DNA of 64,000 nucleotides from an uncultured delta proteobacterium (GTDB lineage Bacteria > Desulfobacterota > Desulfuromonadia > Geobacterales > DSM-12255): contig CAWBBV010000005.1 of assembly GCA_963787125.1 (NCBI GenBank), positions 32,001 through 96,000 of the forward strand. The letters run 5' to 3'. Under the pieces are notes generated by a model that made no database searches, was not told the DNA's origin, and saw nothing but the letters and a program-made list of their open reading frames with translations. Each line of letters starts with the position of its first letter. Position 1 is the first letter of the stretch. The position numbers and the translations under genes were made by a program. Below, in pieces: positions 41,173-52,251 of the stretch.

Positions 41173-42003
41173 TCAGATTGACACTGAAACTGTCACCTTG
41201 AAATCAGCGCTTTTCCCGCAAGGCCCCCCTTTGAGCCTCAACGGAATCATAATTGTGGCGTTGTCGAGCATAACCGGATTTCCGGCCGTTTCAACTGATA
41301 GGCCGGGGCCATCATCCCCGCAGTGATCGAAGGCTTCTTCGGGGTCAGCTGCCTGTTCTTCAGATTGGGCCGAAGGAAGATCAACTTCAGGACTACCACA
41401 AATGCTTTCCAACGAACTCTCCTGCCCCAGTTTATCCAAAACTTCCCGGGCAACAGCTTTCAACCCTTCCAGAAGTCCTTCACCGGTTGCAGCTGTCACC
41501 GGAAGAGGATTACTGTCTCCTCCGGAAAGAAGCTCAGAGCCAATGACTGCAAGCGGCAGCGCCCCCATAAGATCTCTTTTGTTGCACTGCAACGAGAAGG
41601 CAACGTCACTCAGTTTTCTGCCATAATGGGCAATAGAATCCATTAAAACAGCACAGGACTCCAGATTCCCGTACATACGGCCATCACTGGAATCAGCGAG
41701 AAGGACAACTCCGTCTGCCCCTTTTAAAAGCATTTTCCAGGGTGGCGGCGTACCTTCTGCTGCAAGTATCGTATAAACATGGAAACGTACTGCATAGCTC
41801 TCAGCTACGAGTGGCGCCGGATAGGCAAAATCAAAGAAGAGCAGCTGATGCTCGCCAATTGCCATGCTTTTAAGCTCACTGCGCCCCTCCGGCTTCAGCT
41901 TACTGTAGATATAACGAAGCGCAGTCCCCTTCCCGGCCCCTTTTGGGCCTATATAAACGATCTTTGCATTGATCTCTCTTTTTGCATCATTAACCAGTGC
42001 CAT
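41173..42003 (-). CDS. MglA-like small GTPase domain protein
   Basis: REINAKIVYIGP..AGKGT, LFFDF, NKRDL. Confidence 0.8.
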   Translation of the reverse strand: MALVNDAKREINAKIVYIGPKGAGKGTALRYIYSKLKPEGRSELKSMAIGEHQLLFFDFAYPAPLVAESYAVRFHVYTILAAEGTPPPWKMLLKGADGVVLLADSSDGRMYGNLESCAVLMDSIAHYGRKLSDVAFSLQCNKRDLMGALPLAVIGSELLSGGDSNPLPVTAATGEGLLEGLKAVAREVLDKLGQESSLESICGSPEVDLPSAQSEEQAADPEEAFDHCGDDGPGLSVETAGNPVMLDNATIMIPLRLKGGPCGKSADFKVTVSVSI

Positions 42004-42013
42004 CAAAATACTC

Positions 42014-42850
42014 CTAACTCTTTTTCTTAGCTGACAGCATACGCCTCGCCTGATTGGCAAGCACGCTTGAAATATTTTTACTCTTCCCCATTGTTGCAAG
42101 ATCCTTTTCTATCAGGAAACTCATGAATCTGAGCGCCACGGGCAGCGGAGTCTTATGGTTCCACACCAGAGCCTTGCGGATCTCATAATTTTTTACCCAC
42201 TCTTTGTTATGGCAGATAATACGGAGGATCTCTTCATTCTGGATCACGGACTTGGAAATGGTAAGAACCTCCGGCTCAGTAATCCGCGGATTTTTTACCA
42301 CCGCACCGTTAACCAATTTATTCGAGTCCTTGATCAAAAGCGAACGCCATTCCTTGTCACCAGTGAGAGCCATCTTTATTTTTTCACCGACACCCATGAT
42401 CTGCGCCAACTGGTATTTACTCTTGAACTCCTCGGTTGCGGGCTCGTCCTCGGCCTCTTCCTCTTCTTCAACTGGGGACTCCACATCAGCCTCTTCAAGT
42501 TCCTCGTCAGACAGTTCAGATTCGTCCGGTTTCTCTGCTTCAGGAGTAATCAAAGGGGCGACCATGGGAGGGTAAAGTTTACCCAAAAGGTCATTAAGCC
42601 TCGGGTGAGTATCCGGCGAAATCGATATCGCTGTAACAAGGTCGAGCGGCAACCGCTTCATAACAGCAAGTGCCGCCCCTTTTATTTCCGGATCCTTGTC
42701 ATAGCAGAGGAAGAAAAGCAGGGTCACCCGGTCGGTGGGTGTTGCAGCAACCTCACCGCTAATTACCGAGAGTTTCCCTTCCAGCGGAGCATCAGGTCTT
42801 ATGAAGGCAGCCAGATGTGCCGAGATTTTAATGCTGACTTTTTCTGACAT
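42014..42850 (-). CDS. Conserved hypothetical protein with acidic linker
   Basis: EKIKMALTGDKEWRSLLIKDSNK...KNPRIT domain. Confidence 0.75.
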   Translation of the reverse strand: MSEKVSIKISAHLAAFIRPDAPLEGKLSVISGEVAATPTDRVTLLFFLCYDKDPEIKGAALAVMKRLPLDLVTAISISPDTHPRLNDLLGKLYPPMVAPLITPEAEKPDESELSDEELEEADVESPVEEEEEAEDEPATEEFKSKYQLAQIMGVGEKIKMALTGDKEWRSLLIKDSNKLVNGAVVKNPRITEPEVLTISKSVIQNEEILRIICHNKEWVKNYEIRKALVWNHKTPLPVALRFMSFLIEKDLATMGKSKNISSVLANQARRMLSAKKKS

Positions 42851-42856
42851 TTAAGC

Positions 42857-43864
42857 TTATTTTCCTTTTGGAACAACCGTAACTGCCAGCCCTTCACCCT
42901 TTAATCTGGCAGCAGCCTTGTCAGCTTCACTCTTTGAGGAAAACTGTCCGGCAGTTATTCTGACGGTGGAGAGCGCCAGGACAACCGGCTGAACCTGCAA
43001 GGTAACCCCTTTTGCGGATAGATCCTTTTTCTCTTTTTCGACTCGCGCCTTTGACGAGAATGATCCGGCGTAAAGATAGTATTTCCCGTCCTTCTCAATG
43101 CCAAATGCACCTTTGGCTGACTGCCTGAGCTTGTCGAGCTCCGCCGAATAAACGTCATAATCGGTGTACGCACCGTAGAAGAGCCTGTTCATCTGCGTGC
43201 TCTTTTTCTTCTCATACCGGGTGACCGGTTTTATAGCCAGCTTGGCAATCTTTGCTTCTGCCGCAGCGGTCTCTTCTCCGGCGGGGAACTCTCCGGCAAA
43301 GATAGTGTATGCTTCAGGCTTCTTCCTGGTGACAGGCTTGTCAACAGCAGCAGGAGTTTTTACCGCTTTTGGCTCCTCTTTCTTTGGCGCTGGCGGGGCG
43401 GCTGGTTTTGCCGCCTCTTTTTTCTCCGGTGCAGCCGCTTCTTTTTTCGGCGCAGGAGGAGCCGCTACCGGTTTCGCCGCTGCCTGGGGCGCAGCTGGAG
43501 CAGGCTTGGCAACAGGCGGAGGCTGCACTGCAACCGGCGCAGGTACGACTGCCGGCTTGGCAGCAACCGGTACAGCTACAGGGGCTGTCACAGGCTTTGC
43601 TTCTTCAGCCTTTTTAGCAACAGTCGCGGACCCTGGAGGCTGGGCTGACGGCTTCGGCGGCATACTCTGCTTAATCTCCGGAGCCCCTGCCGGAGCAACA
43701 ACCGGCGGCGCTTCATGAGTGACTATCAGGCTAGTGAAAAAATATAGATAGGCAAATCCGCCCAGAAGGATCAACAGGACTAGGAGTGCCCCCCTGTTAT
43801 TTGCAGGACTTTCTTTTTCCTGATCGTCATATTCGGCTGAAGACTTCTTTTTAAAGAGGCTCAC
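42857..43864 (-). CDS. SPOR domain protein
   Basis: TM anchor, Pro/Ala/Lys linker, C-terminal SPOR-like repeats (AGSFSS, AGQFSS). Confidence 0.8.
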   Translation of the reverse strand: MSLFKKKSSAEYDDQEKESPANNRGALLVLLILLGGFAYLYFFTSLIVTHEAPPVVAPAGAPEIKQSMPPKPSAQPPGSATVAKKAEEAKPVTAPVAVPVAAKPAVVPAPVAVQPPPVAKPAPAAPQAAAKPVAAPPAPKKEAAAPEKKEAAKPAAPPAPKKEEPKAVKTPAAVDKPVTRKKPEAYTIFAGEFPAGEETAAAEAKIAKLAIKPVTRYEKKKSTQMNRLFYGAYTDYDVYSAELDKLRQSAKGAFGIEKDGKYYLYAGSFSSKARVEKEKKDLSAKGVTLQVQPVVLALSTVRITAGQFSSKSEADKAAARLKGEGLAVTVVPKGK

Positions 43865-43897
43865 TTTGCTTTCTCCTTTTCAACTCACTAAAATATT

Positions 43898-45982
43898 TCA
43901 GCAACCTTTTGCAGCAGTCACCTCTGCAATTACCTTCTGCATCAGATGGGATGGCACTTCTTCATAATGGGAAAACTCCATACTGAAAAGACCCCGGTCA
44001 CTGGTCATGGAGCGCAGATCGTTGGAGTAGGCCAGCACCTCTGACATCGGCACGACTGTGCGGATGATCTGGGAGTTGGCTTTTGGTTCAACACCGATAA
44101 CTTTGCCGCGACGGGAGTTAATATCGCCGATAACATCGCCCATATTTTCGTCCGGAACGGTAATTTTCACATTCATTATCGGCTCAAGCAGTACCGGCTT
44201 GCAGGATTCCATCGCCTTCTTGAATGCCATTGAGCCAGCGATCTTGAACGCCATCTCCGAAGAGTCAACCGTGTGGAATGAACCGTCGTAAAGGGCAACC
44301 TTGAAATCAACCACCGGATAACCGGCGAGAAAGCCGTCAACGGACGCCTCCTGAATACCCTTGTCAACCGCCGGGATATACTGTCTGGGGACAACGCCGC
44401 CGACAATTTTGTCTTCAAAGAGGTAACCTTCGCCTCGCGGCATGGGACTCATCTCGATCCAGCAATCGCCGTACTGACCGCGCCCGCCGGACTGCTTCTT
44501 GTATTTACCCTGGACCTTGACACTACTGCGGATTGTCTCAAGGTAAGGGATCTTGGGCGTCTTGAGCAGGACTTCAACATTGAATTTACGTTTAAGCTTC
44601 TCGACAATGACATCAAGATGTACCTGCCCCATTCCGGAGATGATAAACTCCTTGGTCTGATCGTCCCGGTGCGACTCCAGAGTCGGCTCCTCTTCGATCA
44701 TCTTATGGAGGGCGCCATGAATTTTGTCCTCATCGTTCTTGGTTTTCGGCTCGATGGCATAGGAAATTACCGGTTTAAGCAGCGGGGCCGGCTCAAAGAG
44801 GATCGGTTTGGCGGCATCGCAGAGAGTATCTCCGGTAACGGTCTCCTTGAGTTTGGCAACAGCAACGATATCGCCGGCAACAGCCTGCTTGATTGCTTTC
44901 TGCTTCTTCCCTTCAAGCTCGTAGATCTGCCCGATCCGCTCATCAACACCTTTGGACGAGTTGTAGATTGTAGAGTCCGAGTTGAGAACCCCGGAGTAGA
45001 CCCGAAAGATTGAGATCTTGCCGGTGTAAGGGTCGGACGTGGTCTTGAATACCAGCGCCGAGAACGGTTCTGATTCCAGCGGAGCGCGCTCTTCAAGAGC
45101 CTGGATCTTCGGGCTGACGCCGACAGCCTTGGTCCGGTCGAGAGGCGACGGCAGGTAGGCGCAGATCGCATCCAGCAGCTGTTTCACCCCGATATTGGCG
45201 GTGGCGGAGCCGCAGAGGACGACAGTGAAGGTGTTTCTGATCGTTCCGACTCTCAGACCGTCCAGGATCTCTTCTTCGGTCAGGTCACCGGCTTCCAGGT
45301 ATTTTTCGGTCAGCGCATCATACGCTTCGGCAACGGTTTCAACCATCTGCTCGCGCAACCGGGTCGCATCGTCAAGATACTCAGCCGGGATAGCAATCTC
45401 TGTATAGGTACCGGAACGATCCTTCAGATAGCGGTACGCTTTCATTTTGATAAGATCGATAACCCCTTCAAAACCGTCCTCAATACCGAGAGGTATCTGG
45501 ACGGCGACCCCTCGCGCCTTGAGCGCCTTTTCCATATCGTCGATTGCCCGGAAGAAGTTGGCACGTTCCCGGTCGAGCTTGTTGACAAAGGCGATTCGAG
45601 GGATTTCGAACTCGTTTGCCCAGGCCCATACCTCTTCAGTCTGCACCTTTACCCCGGAAATAGAAGAGAGGATAATGACCGCGCAGTCCAGCGTTCTCAT
45701 GCAGGCACGGGTGTCAGCAATAAAATCACCGTAGCCAGGGGTGTCGACAAGATGAATGGAATAGTCATTCCAGTCGCAGTGATCAAGGGAAGAGGTTATG
45801 GAGATCTTCCGCTTTATCTCTTCCGGCTCGAAATCCATCGTGGACGTGCCGTCATCAACCCTTCCCAACCGGTCAATCATCCCGGTGTCAAACAGGATAG
45901 CCTCTGAGAGCGAGGTCTTGCCTGCGCCTCCGTGAGCGATGATACCCAGATTACGGATCTTTGCAGTGTCGTACTTTCCCAT
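43898..45982 (-). CDS. fusA: Elongation factor G paralogue
   Basis: AHGGAGKT, DTPG, NKLD, GMGQVHL, KKQSGGRGQYG. Confidence 0.93.
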   Translation of the reverse strand: MGKYDTAKIRNLGIIAHGGAGKTSLSEAILFDTGMIDRLGRVDDGTSTMDFEPEEIKRKISITSSLDHCDWNDYSIHLVDTPGYGDFIADTRACMRTLDCAVIILSSISGVKVQTEEVWAWANEFEIPRIAFVNKLDRERANFFRAIDDMEKALKARGVAVQIPLGIEDGFEGVIDLIKMKAYRYLKDRSGTYTEIAIPAEYLDDATRLREQMVETVAEAYDALTEKYLEAGDLTEEEILDGLRVGTIRNTFTVVLCGSATANIGVKQLLDAICAYLPSPLDRTKAVGVSPKIQALEERAPLESEPFSALVFKTTSDPYTGKISIFRVYSGVLNSDSTIYNSSKGVDERIGQIYELEGKKQKAIKQAVAGDIVAVAKLKETVTGDTLCDAAKPILFEPAPLLKPVISYAIEPKTKNDEDKIHGALHKMIEEEPTLESHRDDQTKEFIISGMGQVHLDVIVEKLKRKFNVEVLLKTPKIPYLETIRSSVKVQGKYKKQSGGRGQYGDCWIEMSPMPRGEGYLFEDKIVGGVVPRQYIPAVDKGIQEASVDGFLAGYPVVDFKVALYDGSFHTVDSSEMAFKIAGSMAFKKAMESCKPVLLEPIMNVKITVPDENMGDVIGDINSRRGKVIGVEPKANSQIIRTVVPMSEVLAYSNDLRSMTSDRGLFSMEFSHYEEVPSHLMQKVIAEVTAAKGC

Positions 45983-46046
45983 GATACCCCCTCTTTAAGT
46001 TTGGAAACAGGGCAGAACTCCTCTCAAACGGGGGAGCTGACCTGTG

Positions 46047-46820
46047 CTACAGACTTTCACAGTTGCGACCGTAGAGAATCCTTAGCCCGTCAAGGGTAAG
46101 AAACTCCTCGATCTTATCAATGGTACGCGATTCGGGGGCAATAACCCCTGCCAGCCCTCCGGTCGCAATTACAACCGGGTTTTCCCGGCACTCTGCCTTC
46201 ATTCTGGTCACAATTTCGTCCACAAGACCGACGTAACCGTAATATATCCCTGCCTGCATGGAATTGACAGTATTCGTAGCCACCAGCTGCGGCGGCTTGA
46301 GAATCTCCACCCGCGGCAACTTGCTCGCCTTCTGAAAAAGAGCCTCCATGGAGATCATCAAGCCCGGAGCTATGGCTCCGCCGCAGAACTCTCCCTCTTT
46401 ATTAACAACATCGAAAGTAGTGGCAGTGCCAAAATCGACAATAATGAGGGCAGATCTGTATTTCTCAAAGCCGGCAACCGCATTGACGATGCGATCAGCC
46501 CCGACCTCAGCGGGATTATCATAACGGCTCACCATACCGGTCTTGATACCCGGTCCGACGATAACAGGTTTGAGGCTGAAATACTGCCGGGAAAGTTTCT
46601 CCAACAGCCCGGTCAGCGCCGGGACAACCGAAGAGATGATAATCCCTTTAACATCCTCGAACGGAATGGCGGCAAGCCTGAAAAGATCGTGAACAAGGAC
46701 CGCGTACTCATCGGTCGTTCTGGTCCTGTCTGTTGAAATCCGCCAGGTTTTCAACAGGAGGGTCCCATCGTAAACACCCAGCACAATGTTACTGTTGCCG
46801 ACATCAATTACAAGCAGCAA
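46047..46820 (-). CDS. coaX: Type III pantothenate kinase
   Basis: IDVGNS, GADR, DFGTAT, TGG; TTG start with GGAGG. Confidence 0.95.
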   Translation of the reverse strand: MLLVIDVGNSNIVLGVYDGTLLLKTWRISTDRTRTTDEYAVLVHDLFRLAAIPFEDVKGIIISSVVPALTGLLEKLSRQYFSLKPVIVGPGIKTGMVSRYDNPAEVGADRIVNAVAGFEKYRSALIIVDFGTATTFDVVNKEGEFCGGAIAPGLMISMEALFQKASKLPRVEILKPPQLVATNTVNSMQAGIYYGYVGLVDEIVTRMKAECRENPVVIATGGLAGVIAPESRTIDKIEEFLTLDGLRILYGRNCESL

Positions 46821-47820
46821 TATCACCTCCGATGACGACATCTCCGGAAAGGATCTGTTCGCCTGAATCCAGAAGCAGCGCCCCGTATTCATCAATTCCT
46901 GCCACCCTGCCGGTTTTAACCTTGTCATGATCCGTCACCGTCACAAGGACACCGGCAAGCCTGCTTCTCTCCAGCCACTCTTTTCTCGCCGGTGCGTACC
47001 CCTCCCGGAGAAAGGTCGCATAAAGGTCATCCAGTTCCTGCAGCAGTATCCGGGTAAAAGCAGTACGGTCAACCTTCTTACCCGTTTCTATAAACAGTGA
47101 AGTCGCCGGATGACGGAGATCTTCCGGAAACTGCACTAAGCTCATGTTCAGGTTAACACCAATTCCCAGGATCACAAAATTAACCTTGTCAGTTTCGGCA
47201 CTCATCTCATTGAGGAGACCGGCAACCTTTTTCCCCTCGATCAGGATATCGTTGGGCCATTTGATCCGGGCCTGCAGGGGGGTAAGTTGCTCAATCGTCC
47301 GGGCTACCGCAATTACCGAGAGAAAAGTCAGCTGCGGGGCGGCAACCGGCTGAATCGGCGGACGCAGGATAACGGAACAGTAAAGGTTCACCCCCGCCGG
47401 AGACGCCCACTTCCGGCCGAGCCTCCCTTTGCCGCCACTCTGGCACTCCGCAATAACGACACTCCCCTCTTCGGCCCCCTCATCAGCCATTTTAAAGGCA
47501 ACGGCGTTGGTTGAAACCGTTGCAGACAGAGAGATTATCTTTCTGCCGATCCGCAGGCTCTTGAGCAGATGACTGACAGAAGAAGCATGGAGGCTGTCAG
47601 GCGACGCAAGGAGCTTGTACCCGCGCGAAGCTTCGGCACTGATGGTGAACCCGAGCGCCCGCAGTGAGCTTATCTGCTTCCAGACAGCACTGCGGGAAAC
47701 ATTCAGCTGCCGGCTGAGCTCTTCGCCGGAGATGAAGGCGGTGTCTGACTCATAAAGAAGCGCGAGAATCTTTCCGGCACTTTCTGAACAGACGTTGGCG
47801 CCGTGCGGAGATTCGCTCAA
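46804..47820 (-). CDS. birA: Biotin-[acetyl-CoA carboxylase] ligase / repressor
   Basis: N-terminal [23 protein letters not shown]. Confidence 0.95.
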   Translation of the reverse strand: MSESPHGANVCSESAGKILALLYESDTAFISGEELSRQLNVSRSAVWKQISSLRALGFTISAEASRGYKLLASPDSLHASSVSHLLKSLRIGRKIISLSATVSTNAVAFKMADEGAEEGSVVIAECQSGGKGRLGRKWASPAGVNLYCSVILRPPIQPVAAPQLTFLSVIAVARTIEQLTPLQARIKWPNDILIEGKKVAGLLNEMSAETDKVNFVILGIGVNLNMSLVQFPEDLRHPATSLFIETGKKVDRTAFTRILLQELDDLYATFLREGYAPARKEWLERSRLAGVLVTVTDHDKVKTGRVAGIDEYGALLLDSGEQILSGDVVIGGDIAACN

Positions 47821-48647
47821 GCACCCTCCAAAAGCATTGAGATATCCATGGATGGCGCCGAATGGGTCAGGGCTCCCACAGAGATGATATCGACTCCGGT
47901 TGCGGCAATCCCTCTGACAGTAGTCAGGTTAACCCCTCCGGAAGCCTCAACCGTAGCCTGCCCGGCAATGATGGCAACAGCTTTTGTCATGGTTTCAATA
48001 TCCATATTATCAAGCATGATGATATCGGCGCCGGCGGCAAGCGCAGCTTGCACATCAGTCAGAGACTCGGTTTCGATTTCTATTTTCAGGGTATGGGGAA
48101 TATATGCCCTGGCGCGGCGGATCGCCTCACCAATGCCGCCGGCCGCGGCAATATGGTTCTCCTTGATAAGAACGCCGTCATACAGACCGGTGCGGTGATT
48201 AATGCCGCCACCGACCCGGACCGCATATTTTTCCAGGATGCGCAGACCGGGCGTGGTTTTACGGGTATCAACGATCCGCACCTTTGTCCCCGCAACAGCG
48301 CGAACATATCTGGATGTCAGAGTAGCAACACCGGACATCCGCTGCATGAGATTGAGAGCAACCCGCTCCCCCTGAAGCAGCAGCGAAGCGTCACCGGACA
48401 TTTCGGCTATCACCGTGCCTGCAGACACAAAATCGCCGTCAGCACAACGGGGCGTAAAAACAGAGTCATTGTCCAAAAGCGCGAAAACCCTGGCAGCAAC
48501 ATCCAGACCGCAAACGATCATATCCTCTTTTGCTTTCAGGATGCCGGCTATCCTGCCTTTCTTCAGCTGCAGCGCCTGGGTAGTGATATCGCCGGTATGA
48601 ATATCTTCGGCCAATGCATTTTTGATTATCCTGTCAATCTGTTGCAT
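47817..48647 (-). CDS. nadC: Nicotinate-nucleotide diphosphorylase
   Basis: DTRKTTPG, IKENH, EASGG. Confidence 0.96.
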   Translation of the reverse strand: MQQIDRIIKNALAEDIHTGDITTQALQLKKGRIAGILKAKEDMIVCGLDVAARVFALLDNDSVFTPRCADGDFVSAGTVIAEMSGDASLLLQGERVALNLMQRMSGVATLTSRYVRAVAGTKVRIVDTRKTTPGLRILEKYAVRVGGGINHRTGLYDGVLIKENHIAAAGGIGEAIRRARAYIPHTLKIEIETESLTDVQAALAAGADIIMLDNMDIETMTKAVAIIAGQATVEASGGVNLTTVRGIAATGVDIISVGALTHSAPSMDISMLLEGA

Positions 48648-48822
48648 TTGAACTCTCTCCTCAACAATTTCCCAAAAGTTGTATAACACATGAACAAATG
48701 TGCCGCAATCGCTAACAAAAGCGCACTGAAAATATGGATTTAAGATTGACGCTCCAGAGGTGGATGTGTATATTATCTCCTCTTAGCCCCCTTAATCTAT
48801 TCCAACATTTGAGGAGTGATAT

Positions 48823-49842
48823 ATGAAACTGTGCCGTTTTCTGTTGTTAGCCTTAGTCCTGCTGCTCCCTGTTGTCTCACAGGCCAAGGAGACAAAGGAC
48901 ATATCCTTCCCTTTTAAAAACGCTGAACCGGTTGTCTTCAGCCACGATTTCCACCTGGAAAAATACAATAATAACTGCCGCATCTGCCACAATGCCATCT
49001 TTAACATAAAGCAGAAAAAGAAGTACACCATGGCAGACATGGAGAAGACGAAATCGTGCGGCGCCTGCCACTCAGGGATCAAGGCATTTAGCGTCAAGGA
49101 CGAAAAACAGTGCACCAAATGCCATAAAGGCAAACCGAGAACCGTAACCTTCAAAGTGAAGGGCGCCCCTGAAGTAGCCTTCAGCCACGATGTCCATGTG
49201 GGGAAAGCCGGACTTTCCTGCCGCAGCTGTCATGACGGCAAGATTATCACCGGCACTGATCACAATGTGACCATGGCCCAGATGGAAAAAGGGAAGACCT
49301 GCGGCGCCTGTCATAATGGCAAGAAAGCCTTTACTGTTGCCGGCAACTGTGGCAACTGCCATAAAGGGATGAAGCCACGCGAAATAACCTTCAAACTCAA
49401 AGGTGTGACTGATGCGGTTTTCAGCCACCAGGTTCATATCGGCATGTTTAAATGCCCTGACTGCCATACAAAAACCTTCCCCTATAAAGCAGGCGCACTC
49501 AAAGCGACCATGGCCAGCATGGAGAAAGGCAAGTCGTGCGGCACCTGCCACAATGGCAAGGACGCCTTTACTGTCGCCGGCGAGTGCGACAAATGCCACA
49601 AAGGTTACAAGCCGGCCAACATTCTCTTTAAGACTGATGGGGGCGAGGCCAACTTCAGCCACGAATTCCACCTCGGCATGTACAAATGCGCCGACTGCCA
49701 CACCAAGATCTTCCCTTTCAAAGCCGGCGCGCTCAAAGCAACCATGGGCGACATGGACAAGGGTAAATCCTGCGGCGCCTGCCACAACGGCAAGGACGCT
49801 TTCATAGCTTCCGGCGACTGCATCAAATGCCATAAGATGTAA
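48823..49842 (+). CDS. Dodecaheme cytochrome c (four c7-type triheme repeats)
   Basis: Signal peptide; 12 CxxCH motifs; four FSH..H repeats. Confidence 0.95.
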   Translation: MKLCRFLLLALVLLLPVVSQAKETKDISFPFKNAEPVVFSHDFHLEKYNNNCRICHNAIFNIKQKKKYTMADMEKTKSCGACHSGIKAFSVKDEKQCTKCHKGKPRTVTFKVKGAPEVAFSHDVHVGKAGLSCRSCHDGKIITGTDHNVTMAQMEKGKTCGACHNGKKAFTVAGNCGNCHKGMKPREITFKLKGVTDAVFSHQVHIGMFKCPDCHTKTFPYKAGALKATMASMEKGKSCGTCHNGKDAFTVAGECDKCHKGYKPANILFKTDGGEANFSHEFHLGMYKCADCHTKIFPFKAGALKATMGDMDKGKSCGACHNGKDAFIASGDCIKCHKM

Positions 49843-49857
49843 GTTGCAGTTACATAC

Positions 49858-49901
49858 AGAAACAGAGAAAGGCGGCCGATTGGCCGCCTTTCTCTGTTTC
49901 T
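49858..49901. terminator. Perfect 20-bp-stem hairpin (bidirectional terminator / repeat)
   Basis: AGAAACAGAGAAAGGCGGCC-GATT-GGCCGCCTTTCTCTGTTTCT. Confidence 0.85.
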
Positions 49902-49934
49902 ACGGGAAGTTTTTATTGCTTACAGCCGCCTTAA

Positions 49935-51653
49935 CTAAAGCCGCCCCGAGCGGATAATCGAAACTATAAGCCAGAGCCCGAGCACTGCGGCGCAGCCGAA
50001 AACAAAGAACCCCAGCACTGAAAAGCCGTAGACCGAAGGACCGACCTTCAAAGCATGCATGATGGCGGAGCTGAGGAGGGTGGCGCTGATGATCATCGCC
50101 ACAGCAATGCGGTTACTGGAACGGTCAACATCCCGCGCCAGCTGATCGAGCCCCTTGATGGAAAATTTCAGGTTAAAATCGTCCCTGATAACCTTGCTCA
50201 TGATCCGTTTCAGCTGCATCGGCAAGAGCTTGATAAACTCCGCCCCCTCGTGCAGATGTTTAATGGTCTTTTTGGCGATCCGCTGAGGATTGCTACCGTC
50301 ACTGGCCATTTTATCCAGGTATGGCCGTGACACTGAGACTATATCGAAGTCCGGATCAAGGGTGGTGCCGACCCCCTGAATAAGGAGCAGCGCCTTGTGG
50401 ATCAGGAGAAGGTCGGACGGGACCTTCATCTTGTGCTTGATAATCACCTTCAGAACCGTGCCGAGGTACTCGCCGAAATCCACTTCATTCAGAGGGACTC
50501 CGTGCAGCGGTTCCATGAAATCGGCAAGATCCTCCTTGAAGTCCCGCCGGTAAGTGTCGATATCCACATCTTCCGGGATAAAACCCATCTCCACGTGCTG
50601 ATCCACCAGCAGATCGAAATCGCGGGTAATGAAGGCGAGGAAAATATTCACCAGGATCGCCTTCAGCTCGTCGGTAACCGTACCGCACATGCCGAAGTCA
50701 AGGAAACCGATATCGCCGTTCTCCGTCACCAGAAGGTTGCCTGGATGGGGGTCGGCATGAAAGAAGCCGTCTTCCAGAACGCTCTTGAAATAGGCGTTGA
50801 CGCCAATCTGGGCAAGGCGCTTGCGGTCGAGGCCCATGGCGGTTATCTCGTCCAGGTCATCAATCCTCACCCCCCGGATCCGCTCCATCACCAGAATCTT
50901 GTCTGTAGTAAATTCATTGTACAGGCGGGGAATCCTGACTCCGGGAAAATCCTGGAACAGCCGGCGGAAGCGGATACAGTTCCGCCCTTCATCGCGGAAG
51001 TTCAACTCTTTGCGAATGGTCTTCTGAAACTCCACCACAATACCGACCGGATTGAGGAAGCGGCTCTCGGGCAGATGGCTCTCGATCAGCCGGGCCACAG
51101 TGAAAAGAATTTCGATGTCAGTTTCGATCTGGGCGGCAATATCAGGACGCTGTACCTTGACGATAACCTCCGTGCCGTCAAGAAGCGTGGCGGTATGCAC
51201 CTGACCGATGGAAGCCGCCGCTATCGGAGCCAGATTAAACTCCAGAAATATCTCTCCAGACGACAGGTTCAACTCCTCCTCAATGATCCGCAGCGCCGTC
51301 TCGCCGGGAAAGGGGGGCACCTGATCCTGCAGCTTCTGAAATTCGCTGGCAAAGCGGATGGGGACCATATCGGGGCGGGAGGCAATCACCTGGGCAAGCT
51401 TGATGAAGGTTGGCCCCAGCTCCGCAAACGCCGTCCTCAGCCGCTGCGGGGCAAAGGGACCACGGAGAACATTCGGCCAGCTGCGAAAAGCATTGAGCCT
51501 TTTGGTAAAGGGGATAAAGTTGCCGAGATGGAGCTGGTCGATGAGGTTGCCGAAACCGTGACTCAAAAAGACATTGACGATCTCCTTGAGCCGGCGGGCA
51601 ATACGGTAGTTTTTGGACAGCTGGAATATGCTCAAAAGGTAACTCCTTGCCAC
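49935..51653 (-). CDS. ABC1/UbiB family atypical kinase
   Basis: LGPTFIKLAQ, AASIGQVH, VKVQRP, HADPHPGN, DFG. Confidence 0.93.
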   Translation of the reverse strand: MARSYLLSIFQLSKNYRIARRLKEIVNVFLSHGFGNLIDQLHLGNFIPFTKRLNAFRSWPNVLRGPFAPQRLRTAFAELGPTFIKLAQVIASRPDMVPIRFASEFQKLQDQVPPFPGETALRIIEEELNLSSGEIFLEFNLAPIAAASIGQVHTATLLDGTEVIVKVQRPDIAAQIETDIEILFTVARLIESHLPESRFLNPVGIVVEFQKTIRKELNFRDEGRNCIRFRRLFQDFPGVRIPRLYNEFTTDKILVMERIRGVRIDDLDEITAMGLDRKRLAQIGVNAYFKSVLEDGFFHADPHPGNLLVTENGDIGFLDFGMCGTVTDELKAILVNIFLAFITRDFDLLVDQHVEMGFIPEDVDIDTYRRDFKEDLADFMEPLHGVPLNEVDFGEYLGTVLKVIIKHKMKVPSDLLLIHKALLLIQGVGTTLDPDFDIVSVSRPYLDKMASDGSNPQRIAKKTIKHLHEGAEFIKLLPMQLKRIMSKVIRDDFNLKFSIKGLDQLARDVDRSSNRIAVAMIISATLLSSAIMHALKVGPSVYGFSVLGFFVFGCAAVLGLWLIVSIIRSGRL

Positions 51654-51733
51654 GAAGTATGCTGCCTGTTACGGGGATACGTCGGCTAATCCGCAAACAA
51701 ATTTAAATAAGACATGCTTGATTTTATTGAATC

Positions 51734-51794
51734 AGGTAACTGCTGAGAACACAGCGGCGGCGGATTTTGCCGTCTGTTGCTGCGATTGTTGAAC
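51734..51794 (-). mobile_element. attC-like site, minus orientation
   Basis: Minus strand GTTCAAC-AATCG-CAGCAACAGACGGC...GCCGCCGCTGTG...GTTACCT, downstream of HEPN gene. Confidence 0.6.
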
Positions 51795-51849
51795 CTTTCA
51801 TCTGTTATCATATATTTTATTGCGAGTACTTGAGATAAGTGGCAGGTGG

Positions 51850-52251
51850 TTACGGAGATTGTTGAAAATAGCTCTTAACTGCCTCGACAAAATTTGATGC
51901 TTTGTCGATCTCTTCTTTTACAAGTTCTTCGGGCATTGTTGGTCGCACCTTGTAGTCTGATGATTGCCTTAGTTCAAAAGCCTTGTGAAGATTTTTCGAC
52001 AACTCACGGGGAAAAATTCCCTTCATGACATACTCTGTGTCGAATAGGCTGATAATGCCCGAGTGCTTGGTCGGAGCCTTGCCGATGTCCTGCAACAGGG
52101 CAAGCGTGGCATAGAACATGGCATAGTAGCAACGGTTGACGATACCTTGCGGACTACGCCCACCAGCATTCAGGTAGTTTGCATCGTCCAAGGCAATTTG
52201 AGCTTGTTCAAGCCGATAACCGATTATGGTGGTCTTGTCTTCCTGTTTCAC
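51850..52251 (-). CDS. HEPN domain protein (toxin-like)
   Basis: NRCYYAMFYA, TKHSG, RQSSDY. Confidence 0.9.
   Translation of the reverse strand: MKQEDKTTIIGYRLEQAQIALDDANYLNAGGRSPQGIVNRCYYAMFYATLALLQDIGKAPTKHSGIISLFDTEYVMKGIFPRELSKNLHKAFELRQSSDYKVRPTMPEELVKEEIDKASNFVEAVKSYFQQSP

Noticed and set aside
43300..43720. Low-complexity GC-rich repeats
   Set aside because: Pro/Ala/Lys linker of the SPOR protein
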